A stretch of 64,000 bases of DNA, taken from assembly GCF_902713615.1 (NCBI RefSeq), contig NC_052148.1:235189336-235253335 (forward strand). Reading direction: 5' to 3'. The notes below the pieces were generated by a model. That model was not told the origin of the DNA. It made no database searches and saw nothing but the letters and a program-made list of their open reading frames with translations. Source of the DNA: Scyliorhinus canicula. Taxonomy: Eukaryota. Position 1 is the stretch's first letter; every line of letters begins with the position of its first letter. Of the stretch, positions 37,926-49,928 are shown piece after piece. The position numbers and the translations under genes are program-made.

Positions 37926-40792
37926 TGCACATGTGACTCCACAGCAGTGTGGTTGACTCTTAAATACCCTCTAAAATGGCCTAGCAAGCCAGTCAGTTGT
38001 GTTCAACCACTACAAAAAGACAAAAAAAGGAATGAAACCGAACGGGCCACCCAGCATCGAAGCAGGCACCAGAAATGACAATGACAAACCCAGCCCTGTC
38101 AATCATGCAAAGTCCTTGTTACTAACATCTGGGGGCGTGTGTCTCCGAAATTGGGAGCGCTGTCTCACAGACTAGTTAAGCAACAGCCTGACATAGACAC
38201 ACTCACAGAATCAAACCTTGCAGACAATGTCCCAGACAGGACGATCACCATTTCAGAGTATGTCCTGTCTGCTGATTACCATGTGCTGGCCACTATCAGC
38301 TGATGAATCAAGAGTGCAGGATATGCTGTGGGTGGGGAACTTCAATGTCCATTACCAAGAGTGGCTTGCTTGGTAGTACCACCACAGACCAAACTGGCTG
38401 GGTCATAAACGACATAGCTTCTAGAGGGGCTGCAGCAGGTGGTGAGGGAACAAATAAGAGAGAAAAACATACTAGGCCTCATTCTCACCAATCTATCTGC
38501 TGCAGGTACATTAGTCCATGTGAGTATTGGTAGAAGTGACCACTGCACAACCTTGTGGGGACAAAGTCCCCTCTTCACATTGAGGATACCCTCCATCGTG
38601 TTGTGTGGCACCACCACTGTGCTAAATGGGATGGACTCCAAACAGATCTAGCAACTCAAGTCTGGGCATCCATGAGGCACTGTGGGCCATCATCAGCAGA
38701 ATTGTATTCAACCACAATCTGCAACCTCATGGCCCGGCATATCCATCCCCTTTACCATTACCACTAAGCCAGGGGATCAACCCTGGTTCAATGAAGAATG
38801 CAGGAGAGCGTGCCGGGAGCAACATCAGGCATACTGAAGAATGAGGTGTTAACCTGGTGAAGCTACAACACAGGACTACTTGTGTGCCAAACAGCATAAG
38901 CAGCAAGTGATAGACAGAGATAGGCGATCCCACAACCAACGCATCAGATCTGAGCTCTGTAGTCCTGCCACATCCAGCCGTGAATGGTGGTGGACAATTA
39001 AACAACTCACTGGAGGAGGAGGCTCCACAAATATCCCCATCCTCAATGATGGAGCAGCCCAGAACATATGTGCAAAAGACAAGGCTGAGACATTTGCAAC
39101 AATCTTCAGCCAGAAGTGCCAAGTGGATGATCCATCTCCGTCTCCTCCAGAGCTCCCCAGCATCACAGATGTCAGTCTTCAGCCAATATGATTCACCCCA
39201 CGTGATATCAAGGAACAGCTGAATGCATTGGATACAGCGAAGGCTACGGGTCCTGATAATATCCCGGCAATAGTATTGAAGACTTGTACTCCAGAACTTG
39301 CCGCACCCCTAGCCAAGCTACAACACTGGCATCTACATGGCAATGTGGAAAATCGCCCAGGTGTGTCCTGCACACAAGAAAGAGGACAAATCCAACCCAG
39401 TCAATTACCGGCCAATCAGTCTACTCACCATCATCAGCAAAATGATGGAATGACTCATCAGCAGTGCTTTCAAGCGGCACTTACTCAGCAATAACATTCT
39501 CACAGATGCTCAGTTTCGGTTCGACCAGGGTCACTGAGCTGCTGACCTCATTACAGCCCTGGTTCAAACATGGACAAAAGAGCTGAATGCCAGAGGTGTG
39601 GTTAGAGTGACTCCCCTTGACATCAAGGCAGCATTTGACTGAGTACGGCATCAAGGAGCCCGAGCTAATCTGGAGTCAATGGGAATCAGGGAGAAAACTC
39701 ACCACTGGTGGGAGTCATACCTGGCACAAAGGAAGATGGTTGTGGTGGTTGGAGGTCAATTATCTTAGCTCCAGGACACCACTGCAGAAGTTCCTCAGGG
39801 TAGTGTCCTTGGCCCAATCATCTTCAACTGCTTCATCAATGATCTCCCTTCCATCATAAGGTCAGAAGTGGGGATGTTTGTGGTTGATTGCACAATGTTC
39901 AGTACCATTTGCAAATCCTCAGATAATGAAGCAGTCTATGTCCAAATACAGCAAGAACTGGACAATATCCAGGCTTAGGCTGACAAGTGGCAAGTTCCAT
40001 TCACGCCACACAAGTGCCTGGCAATGATCATATCCGACAAGGTAGGATCTAACCACTGTCCCATGACATTCAATGGCATTACCATCGCTGAATCCTCCAC
40101 AACCAACATCCCGGGGGTTGCCATTGATCAGCAACTGAACTGGACTAGCCACATTAATGCTTACCAGGGCAGGTCAAAGATTAGGAATCCTACGGCTTTG
40201 CCCTGCCCCCCACCCCCCCCCCCCCCCCCCCCCCCCCCCCAAAGCCTGTCAACCATCTACAAGACACAAGTCAGGAGCGTAATGGAATGCTCTCCACTTG
40301 CCTGGGTGAGTGCAGCGTCAACCTCCAACAACACTCAAGAAGCTTGACACCATCGCGGACAAAGAAGTCCGTATGATTGCTCCCCCTTCCACAAACATTC
40401 AAACCCCCCACCACCGGCGAACAGTGGCAGCCAAGTGTATCACCTACAAAATGCACTGCAGTAACTCACCAAGTTTCCTTAGAAAACACCTTCCAAACCC
40501 ACGACAGCTAGATGGACAAGAGCAGCCGATAAATGGGAGCTCCACCAGCTGGAGGTTCCCCTCCAAATCACTCACCACCCTGACTTGGAAATAAATTGCT
40601 GTTCCTTAGTTTTCACTAGGGCAAAATCCTGGAACTCCCTCCCTAACAGCACAGTGGGTGTACCTACCCCTCAAGGACTCCAGCGGTTCAAGATGGCAAC
40701 TCATCACCACCTTCCGAAGGTCAACTAGGGATGGGTAATAAATGCTGGCCTAACCAGCGACGCACACATCCCGTAAACAAATAATAAAAAAA
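37926..40792 (+). mobile_element. Long APE-RT non-LTR retrotransposon (CR1/L2/Jockey group), disabled
   Basis: APE remnants (GNFNVHY.EWL, SDH), KATGPDNIP, NYRPISL, QFRFDQG, DIKAAFD, VPQGSVLGP, YKTQVRSVME; A-rich tail; multiple stops and frameshifts. Confidence 0.9.
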
Positions 40793-41339
40793 CAATTTTA
40801 ATGTTAGCTTTTTCTGCTTTTCCCTATCTGCCTCTTCTTTTCTTTGTACCCTGTCTTTCATTCCTTCTCTTTGTTTGAGTTTCTGGGAGGAATTTAGTTA
40901 AGGTGACACAATTCTCACCTGCTGGCTGAAGAGCCAGTGAGAGCCCTGGTTTGTCTCTGTTAGGGAAGGCCTTCCATATTAAGTGCCACTAGTGGACACA
41001 GTCGCGCCTGCCCTGGGACTAAGGACCTCAGGGGAAATTCGGTCCCTGAGAGCTGCCAACCAATCAGTGGCCGGCAACAGGTCATTGAAGGCAACACCAC
41101 CGGTAGCTGGAGATAAGAGATGGGAACAGATTTGACGAGACGCATTATGTCATATTCATGCAGACATTTTTCCAATGATAGAATATGAATGTCTGTGGAT
41201 ATCGGCTTAATTTGGAAATGCAATAAAAGTTTAGACAACAAACTTTACTTTGAATAATCTCAGAGACTGTTTATAAAACCAGTAATTACATTTGTACTCT
41301 TCAGATTTTAAAGTGGAGCTATTTCGCTAATGGCACTTC

Positions 41340-42607
41340 TAGAATGCGATTTACCGGAAAGGTTTTTCAGTGATATTTTGGGCGGGTTTGGCTGGGTGTT
41401 TGCCATTGGCTTTGTCAGTGACAATCGTGTTGGTGTTTACCCACATTTAGCCAATTTTTTGGGGCTTGAGGAGTTTTCCGCCAATCCAGCCCACCTTCAG
41501 CAGTGGGGAGCTGAACTTGCTGATGAGACCGGCTCCTCAGAGTTCAGGCCTCCATTTTGAAAGGTTGCCTCGACCTCTAAGTGAGCTTGAGGGTCCCCAC
41601 ATGCCCCAACCATGGATAATGTCACCCCACGCATACATTGGCATTACCCCAGAAGCCCCCAAGTGGGGACACCTCACTTTAGGGTCTCTGAGACCTACCC
41701 GCCTTTCAGGCCTCCCCACCCACCCTTTCACCCCACCCCCCTTTCAGGACACCAACCCTTCACCCCCCCCCCCCCCAACCTTTGGGAGGCCCTTTCATAT
41801 CCGTACCTCAACCTCCTACCCTTCATTACCCCCCTCATCCCCCCTTTCAGGGGCATGGCTCCCTCAGGCCCCAGCTCTTGACAGCGCCACCCTGGTAATG
41901 ATCATAATCTTTTTATTGTCACAAGTAGGCTTACATTATCACTGCAATTAAGTTACTGTGAAAAGCCCCCAGTCGCCACATTCCGGCGCCTGTTCGGGTA
42001 TACGGACGGAGAATTCAGAATTCTCAGTTGGTATGGGAATTGAACCCGCACTGCTGGACTTGTTCTGCATCACAAGCCCACTGAGCTAAACCATGCCCAC
42101 GGTCACCATGACACTGCTGCCCTTGCACCCTGGCAGTGCCATATTGGCACCTTGGCAGTGCTAGAGTGGCAGTGCCAAAGTGCCAGCCTTGCTGTGCTAA
42201 GGAGCCTGGGTACCAGAGGGAAGCCAGGGCACCACCCAGCCCTGTCCCTGACCAACCAGGGGTCTCCAAAGGCCTGGGAGACCCGAAGGTCCTGATATGC
42301 CTGGTGCACATTTGTGTGGACCAACACTAAACGGCACCTGTGTAATCTTTCACTGGGATGCCGGTTAGAATGCGGGAGGCCATTAGATAGGATGCCCATC
42401 TTGTTAATTAATGGATATTTCCCTTAATTGGTGATAATTGGCGCCTCACAACGTCCAGGTAGGATCCGAAACCCGCTAACAGGAGTGGGCCGGTAAAGCT
42501 GCAAGCCCGCCAGCACCCAGCGAGGATCCCGATTTCGCCCTTTCCAGCGATCAAACCGGCGTGCCCGGATCCATTCCGGGCACAACGTGGCCATTAAATC
42601 ATGCCTC
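41340..42607. mobile_element. MITE (second subfamily) with nested SINE
   Basis: Ends aatgcgattta / taaatcatgcc; clustered ggcagtgcc motifs as in 36993-37844. Confidence 0.6.
41897..42098 (-). mobile_element. Short tRNA-derived SINE (family B)
   Basis: Minus-strand tttagctcagtggg, gggttcaattccc; tail shared with 55606-55793. Confidence 0.85.
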
Positions 42608-43175
42608 TAAGATTTCTCTTACATACAAACACAGTGGTTTGGTAAAGGTGTGAATTATGAGAGGATTGCAAGGCCGGGGAAAGAAGTCACAGGCCCTTGT
42701 GCTTCTCCTCTTTCCAGGTCCCTATTCTCCACTCTAGACAACCCCTCCTCCTCGCTTAAACTCTCCCCTCAATCCTGCATGATATTTCATTCACTTCCAA
42801 GAATCACCAATAGTGCACCAATTACAGAAAGATATTAGTATAATGCTGACATCCATTTGTGTCATTGGTTACAAATATTGTCTCGCCTGGTAAATATGAG
42901 TGAGGATCATTAATGTTAAGTTCAGTAGCAGCATAATGCAGTGTTAGTTTATGTGTGTCATGTAGGTTATCCCACCATAACTATTAAACAAACCAGAGAG
43001 TACAAATTTTGCTCAATCAGTATCATGCAATATTGCTAATTTGACAGAAAAATAACATTTTAGGTATTTATAACACTGTGCAGGTGATAACCTTTGTTTT
43101 GGTGGCTACCTCAGCCCTCATTTACACGTTATGCACATTGCACCATATGGACACAATGACAGTACATTAATATAA

Positions 43176-43292
43176 TAAAAGCAAAATACTGTGGATGCTG
43201 GATATCTGAAATAAAACCAGAAAATGCTGGATAGATTTGTCAGGTCTGGCAGCATCTGTGGAGAGAGAAACAGAGTTAATGTTTTGAGTCCG
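43176..43292. mobile_element. Probable Penelope-like terminal repeat fragment
   Basis: gaaaatgctgg..caggtctggcagcatctgtggagagagaaacagagttaa, a motif I recall from shark repeats. Confidence 0.5.
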
Positions 43293-43471
43293 TCAGGATG
43301 GAACAGTAAATTTCTATTTGGAGGAATGATTCAATACTGACAAGCCAGATAAACTGCACAAGATATTTTCTGTTCTGCAGAAGAATTAAAAGACTTTCTG
43401 CTGCCTGGGTGCATGTTTTATTCAATATAATTATTTCATACAAGGGAGTTAATTGGATTTTGTTTCTCTTC

Positions 43472-43778
43472 TGGCACCGTGGCACAGTGGTGAGCTGCCT
43501 CATGGCACCAAGGACCTGGGTTCGATTCTGACCTGGGTGACTGTCTGTGGACTTTGTATTTTCTCCCCATGTCTGCATGGGTTTCCTCCGGTTTCCTTCC
43601 ACAGTCCAAAAAATGTGCAGGTTTGGCCATAATAGAATTGCCTCTTCACATCCAAAAAGTTGAGGTGAAGTTACAGGGATAGGGTGGGGGTGTGGGTCGA
43701 GGTAGGATGCTATTTCGCAGGGTTGGTGCAGACTCGATGGACCAAATGGCCTCCTTCTGCACGGTAGGGATTCTATGA
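43472..43778 (+). mobile_element. HE1-like V-SINE
   Basis: ggcacagtgg, ggttcgattc, V-domain, gattctatga. Confidence 0.9.
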
Positions 43779-44484
43779 TCAGTAATCTTAGAGAGTGGAC
43801 AGGCCAAATGACTCCTGAGCAACAAAGTGGAATGATTGAACACCATGGGCCTTCATTGTCGGTGAGAAGCATTGGAGTCCTCAGGTGTTTTTGTGCAACA
43901 TGACTTTTAAGAGGCTGGAGGACAAAAACTTAATGGTTCACAATTGTATCTATTTTCTTGATCAGCAAGTCTGAAGACTCTGCTGATTGCTGCACCTCAC
44001 TACAATATATTTTAAATATAAACAATGCAACACAACTTTATCATGATATTTCAATACCTCAAAAATCTCATAAATCACAAAGATAGAGTGGGATAATAGG
44101 TAAGTAGACTAAAGGACAAGATTGAAGTCAATGGAAAAGACTCCTGAGAATTATGTGCAGTGTATAACAGCAAAGGGACACTGATTCTCTATGGGCCCAT
44201 TACACACGCCTGTCCTGGCAATCCTATCCAGCAAAGCCCACTCAATGTAAACTTATATTAGCAACAAAATAAACAGGACTTGGGACATGATTCCACACAA
44301 AATAATTATGGGTGGCAAAGGCCATCCAACCCAGCTCATCTCATTCATCCAGAATGACATACAAACATACATATTAGGAGCAGGAATGAGCCATTTGGTT
44401 CCTCAAACAAGCGCCATCATTTGATAACATTGCCTACATTATGCCGGTGTCTGCAACTCAAAAGTATTTAATTATCTGTAAATT

Positions 44485-44676
44485 GGGCGGGATTCTCCGG
44501 TTCCCCAGCTGCGTATTTCTCGGTGGCACTCCATGCGCTGATGGCGGGGATGCTATCTTCCCTCCGCTTGTCAATGGGATTTCCCATTGAAACCATGCTA
44601 TGTCGCCACAAAACCTGCTGGTGGGGGTGCACTGCCAGCGGGAAAAGTAAATCCTGATGACCGGAGTACTCCGGCC
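44485..44676. mobile_element. Short Harbinger-type MITE
   Basis: gggcgggattctccgg / ccggagtactccggcc; central palindrome tcaatgggatttcccattga. Confidence 0.75.
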
Positions 44677-46130
44677 AACATTTGAGACATCATGAAATGT
44701 GTGGTATAAATGTAAGTATTGTCTTACTTTCTGTTATGTTATATATCATTCCTGCTGGGAAAGCATCAAGTGATGTGTAGTGACATCAGCAGATGTTTTG
44801 CACAGGCTTTAGGCAGTTCTCCATCTTAGGTTGCATGAGCAATACCCCTCAATAAACCTCTCATGGTGTTTTGAAAGAAAGTAGAGTGTGGGCTCCTCCG
44901 TACATTTTCTCTTTGCTGTAACAAAGAAATATAACAGAAGACAACACTGGCAATGAGGATTGAGGCAGGAAAAATCGCTGGAAGAAGAAATGCACCGCCT
45001 AAACAGTGGAGACAGTGTCGGGAGCAAAGAAGGATTCTCAGGAGCAGACTCACACACATACACATACACACGTCAGGGGAAGCATTGCTGCCCATAGTGA
45101 AGGTTTAAAAAAAGTTTCGGCTGTAACTGTGAAAAAGAAGACTGACATTCGGGGGGACCTTGTTTGGCTGTTGAAGTGAGTAGGGTCTGGCCTGCAGGGA
45201 CTGTGCACATTGCAAAGTTAAATGGGCTGCAGGAAACGGGGATTTCAAAGTCTGCCGACTCTGCATGGTCCACTACTTAGGGGAAAAAGTCAAACTACAG
45301 TCAGGCAAAACGGAAAGGGAATTTCTCGTACTTGTAATAAATGGGATTGTTTGTGCCATACATTCCATAAAAATCGGAAGAGGGGAAGTTGGTTTAAGTA
45401 GACCTTAGGAGCGGGGATCTGAAATGGCAGATAAAAGGGACATCATGCATGCATTTGATGAAGACTGAGAGACTTGGAACTCACATAAAGAAAGATTCCA
45501 ATTATATCTCACTGCAAATCAGACATCGGCAATGCTAAACCTCACAAAACTTCTCAGCTCCATAGGACATAAAGCTTATATGCTGCAACAGATTTGCATC
45601 ACCCAGCAAAACCAGGAGATATGCTCTACATTGAATTCATGAAAATCTTTGAGGGGCATTTCTCTCCGAGACTGTTACTGATTGCAGAAAGGTTTCAGTT
45701 CCACCGCTGTAGTCAGGAAGAAGGCATTTTACAGATCAGAACAACTTTAAGAAGGTTAGCAAAATATTGCAAATTTTTTGCAACACTTGATGATACTCTT
45801 CATGGTAGGCTAGTTTGTGGACTGCACAACGAAGCTATTCAGAGGAAGCTACTTAGCGTATGTGATTTGACTCTGAAAGCTGCTGTGGAAGTTGCCACAT
45901 CTGTAAAGGTAGCAACAAGAGAAGCTTCACAGATAGGGCCAGGAGTGAAGACCCACATAATGGATACCACAATGAACAAGGCTGCAAGGGTGCAAACATG
46001 TCACCGATGTGCACAGGTTGGACACTCAGCGGGGGAGTGCTTGAGTAAAATAAATACGTGTAAGAACTGTGGCAAAAGGACCATATTGCCAAGGCATGTT
46101 GGGCTGAGAAAATGTATCCTACACCATGAA

Positions 46131-47138
46131 CAAAGAATAAAGAACAAAGAAAAGTACAGCACATGAACAGGTCCTTCAGCCCTCCAAGCCTGCGCCGACC
46201 ATGCTGCCCGTCTAAACTAAACTCTTCCACACTTCCAGGGTCCGTTTCCCTCTATTCCCATCCTATTCATCTATTTGTCAAGATGCCCCTTAAACGTCAC
46301 TATCGTCCCTGCTTCCACCACCTCTTCCGGCAGTGAGTTCCAGGCACCCACTACACTCTGTGTAAAAAACTTGCCTCGCACATCTCCTCTAAACCTTGCC
46401 CCTCGCACCTTAAACCTATGCCCCCTAGTAATTGACCCCTCTACCCTGGGAAAAAGTCTCTGACTATCCACCCTGTCTATGTCCCTCATAATTTTGTAGA
46501 CCTCTATCAGGTCACCCCTCAACCTTCTTCGTTCCAGTGAGAACAAACCAAGTTTATTCAACCTCTCCTCATAGCTAATGCCCTCCATACCAGGCAACAT
46601 CCTGGTCAATCTCTTCTGCACCCTCTCTATAGCCTCCACATCTGGCAGTGTGGTGACCAGAATTGAACACTATACTCCAAGTGTGGCCTAACTAAGGTTC
46701 TATACAGCTGCAACATTACTTGCCAATATTTATATTCAATTCCCTGGCCAATGAAGGCAAGCATGCTGTATGCCTTCTTGACTACCTTCTCCACCTGTGT
46801 TGCCCTTTTCAGTGGCCTGTGGACCTGTACACCAAGATATCTCTGACTGTCAATACTCTTGAGGGTTCTACCATTCACTGTATATTCCCTACCTGTATTA
46901 GACCTTCCAAAATGCATCACCTCACATTTGTCCGAATTAAACTCCATCTGCCATCTCACCGCCCAAGTCTCCAAATGATCTAAATCCTGCTGTATCCTCT
47001 GACAGTCCTCATCGCTATCCGTAATTCCACCAATCTTTGTGTCGTCCGCAAACTTACTAATCAGACCAGTTACATTTTCCTCCAAATCATTTATATATGC
47101 TACGAATAACAAAGGTCCCAGCACTGATCCCTGCAGAA
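46131..47138 (-). mobile_element. CR1/HER1-like LINE 3' ~1 kb, well preserved, nested at the end of Gypsy gag
   Basis: QGSVLGPLLF, KFADDTK, LVRPHLEY, RRRLRGDLIEVYK; possible TSD CATGAA. Confidence 0.95.
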
Positions 47139-47473
47139 CATGAAGAGGCAAGAATGTGCAAGAAAAAAAAGTACAGCTAAACATACTACTTGTGTCTCTC
47201 AATTAGTGGACGAAGCTCAAGATCACTAAAAGTCAATGTAACCGAGTTACTGCAGGAGTTGAAGCTCGGTGTCTTGTCAAGATGGGGTGATATCCAAACT
47301 CGAAGGTCATGAAATTAAAATGGAAGTGGATACAGACACAGCGTTATCGTTAATACCTGAGACAATTTATCATCAAAGGCTGAAGAGTCTACCTTTAAAG
47401 CCATCAATTATGATCCTAAGGATGTACATTGAAGAGGTTGTGCCATTAAAGAGATGCATTGTGGTAAAAGTAC

Positions 47474-47823
47474 CATAGAGTCATAGAAAGGTTACAGCAC
47501 AGAAGGAGGCCATTCAACCCATCTTATCCATGCCAACCCAAGGACACCCAGGTGCCCTTTCTAATCTCACCTTCCTGCACCCGACCCATAGCCATGTAGC
47601 TTACAGCACTTCAGTTACTTTTTAAAAGAGATTAGGGTCTCTGCTCCTCCACCAACTTGGGCAGCAAATTCCAGACTCCCACTACCCTCTGCGTAAAAAA
47701 GCCCTTCCACATGTCCCCTCTACACCTACTGCTACTTATCTTGAATCCATGTCCCCTGGTTCTAGAATTCTCCACCGAGGGTAACTATTTTATCCTGTCC
47801 ACTCTAACACATCCCCTCATAAT
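47474..47823 (-). mobile_element. CR1 3' fragment nested in Gypsy protease region
   Basis: catagagtcatagaaagg tail; taccctctgcgtaaaaaa (FFTQRVV on minus). Confidence 0.85.
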
Positions 47824-48196
47824 AATAGAAGAGAAGCAAATGGACAGACAGCAATGTTGCCTCTTCATGTTGTGCGTGAAACTTTTCCTGCTCTGTTTGG
47901 CAGAGATTCGGCTTAACTGGGAAGCAGTAAATAAACAAATGGATTCAAAGAGCAATTTGCAAAATTTCTGATGAAATATGGGAAGGTGTTCAAAGATTCG
48001 CTAGGTTCTATGACTGGCGTTCAGGTACACCTAAAGATCAAACCAGACAGCACAAATGTCTCAAAGCTAGAACTTCTCCATACCTCATCAGGCCATTGTT
48101 GAAGAAGATCTAGAAAGACAAGTACAAGCAGGAGTAATTGAACGTGGAGTTACAAGTGATTGGGCAACAGCAATTATTCCTGTATTAAAACATGAT

Positions 48197-48859
48197 GGCC
48201 GGGGTTCTTTGTCCCCCATGCCAGGTCGGAGAATCCCTGGGGGGAGGCGAGAATTATGCCCCGACGCCGGATTACCGATTCTCCGGCGCCAAGTCTTGGG
48301 CGCCAGCGGAATTGCCGCTGCACAGGTCGGGGGCCGTTGAAACAACCCACCACCCCCCAGCGATTCTCCAGGCCCCGACAGTTCGACTGGCCGCCGAGTT
48401 CGGCCGAGTCCCGCCGGCATGGGTTACTCAGGTCCCACACATTGGGACCTGAAAGGTGTGTCTGCGTGGGCCGTCCTGGGGGGGGGGGGGGGGGGGGGAT
48501 CCGACCCCAGGGAGGGCTTCCACGGTGGCCTGGCCCGCAATCAGGGTCTACCGATCGGCGGGCAGACTGGTTCCGTGGGGGCCTATGTTCCTCCGCGCCT
48601 GGCCCCTGTAGGGCTCCGCCATATTGCCCGGGGGCCGGCGCGGAGACGGGAACTCACGCGCATGCGCGGATTCTTGCCTGTCGTTCCGCGCACGCGCAAA
48701 CTCACACCGGCCGTTCTGCGGCAGCTGAAGCTGTGGGGACCACTCCGGTGCTGACCTAGTCCCCTAGGAAGGGTATTGGGGACCATTGATGCCGGAGTGG
48801 TTGACACCACTTTTCACGCCGGTGTCAGAACTTGGCCGTGGGATTGGAGAATCCCGGCC
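48197..48859. mobile_element. GC-rich Harbinger-type MITE nested in Gypsy RT
   Basis: TIRs ggccggggttct / agaatcccggcc; TSD GAT; removal restores PVLKHDGSMRICG. Confidence 0.92.
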
Positions 48860-48980
48860 GATGGCTCAATGAGAATTTGTGGATATTTCAAAACAATTAT
48901 TAACCCAGAATTGTGTGCAGATCACTATCCTCTGCTGTTGATTGAGGACTTGTTTGCTGGACTTTCTGCAAGGCAGAAAT

Positions 48981-49928
48981 TGTTGCACGTTTTACTATGG
49001 TTGTAAAACGCGTTTATTGGAGTGTATTAACACGCCTCCGTATTCGACGTGTGCTTAACACTACTAGGCTCTGTTCTATGTATTTATTCAGCTCTGGAGT
49101 CGCCAGTTGCCGTATAGACAACGTCACAAGTATTCCAAGGTCAAGTTCAAAGTAATAAAGACGATACACCGATTAGTAAGGTTCAAACGATCAATATTTA
49201 TTATACAGTTATAATAAATACTCATGCACACACTAAGAGACTAAGCTATAACTAAACTTAAGTGAACAGAATACTTATCTAACAGGAACAGGCAAGGTCA
49301 GAGAGCGAGGCCTTCGTCCTGGTCTTGTACTGCAGCCTTCAGCAAGCGTTCTGGTACTGGGGGTCTAGTGGGCTTGGATCGCGTAGCGAGCGTTGAACTT
49401 ACGGTTTCGGCGGCTGGTGCTCAACGGCTGGCGTCAGGATGCAAGATGTCTATCAGGGCCGGAGCACGGGTTTAACAGACCGGGCTATGTGGGGAATTTG
49501 CCTTTATACCCCTCTCTAATGTCCTTGCCCCCTTCTAGGCGGGCTCTACCTTTCGGTACCGATTGGAGCGTTTCCAAACGGTTACCTTCGAAATCCTCCA
49601 ATGCGAGGGCCTTCCTCGATGTTGGGGGGTGGTTCCGATATTCTTTACTCTGGTGCCATCCTGTCTGCGCAACCAATTAAGTGTTACATTGAGATGGAAA
49701 TGTTGCCATTGTTCGTGCCTGGATCTGGGCTGCCTCATCAGAATGCTAAGCGCTTTGCCATTAACACCTTTGGCTTGGAGATCTTGCACCTGGCCAGAAA
49801 CTGGTTTGCTGCTTGCAAAATGCTAATTAGTTGAGAGCAGGCTGTCTGCTCTCACTAAACAGGCTTTTCCTTCTGTCTTCCATTTTACTTTGGCTCAGTG
49901 TCCATTTTGCGTGGCCAGCATGGCTACA
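48981..49928 (-). mobile_element. 948-bp solo LTR with 4-bp TSD nested in Gypsy RT
   Basis: TGTTGC...GCTACA termini, TSD AAAT; removal restores FAGLSARQKFSKIDL; minus-strand TATAAA ~49505 and AATAAA sites. Confidence 0.9.

Noticed and set aside
40200-40240. Poly-C run encoding polyproline
   Set aside because: Homopolymer expansion inside a dead LINE; length may be unreliable
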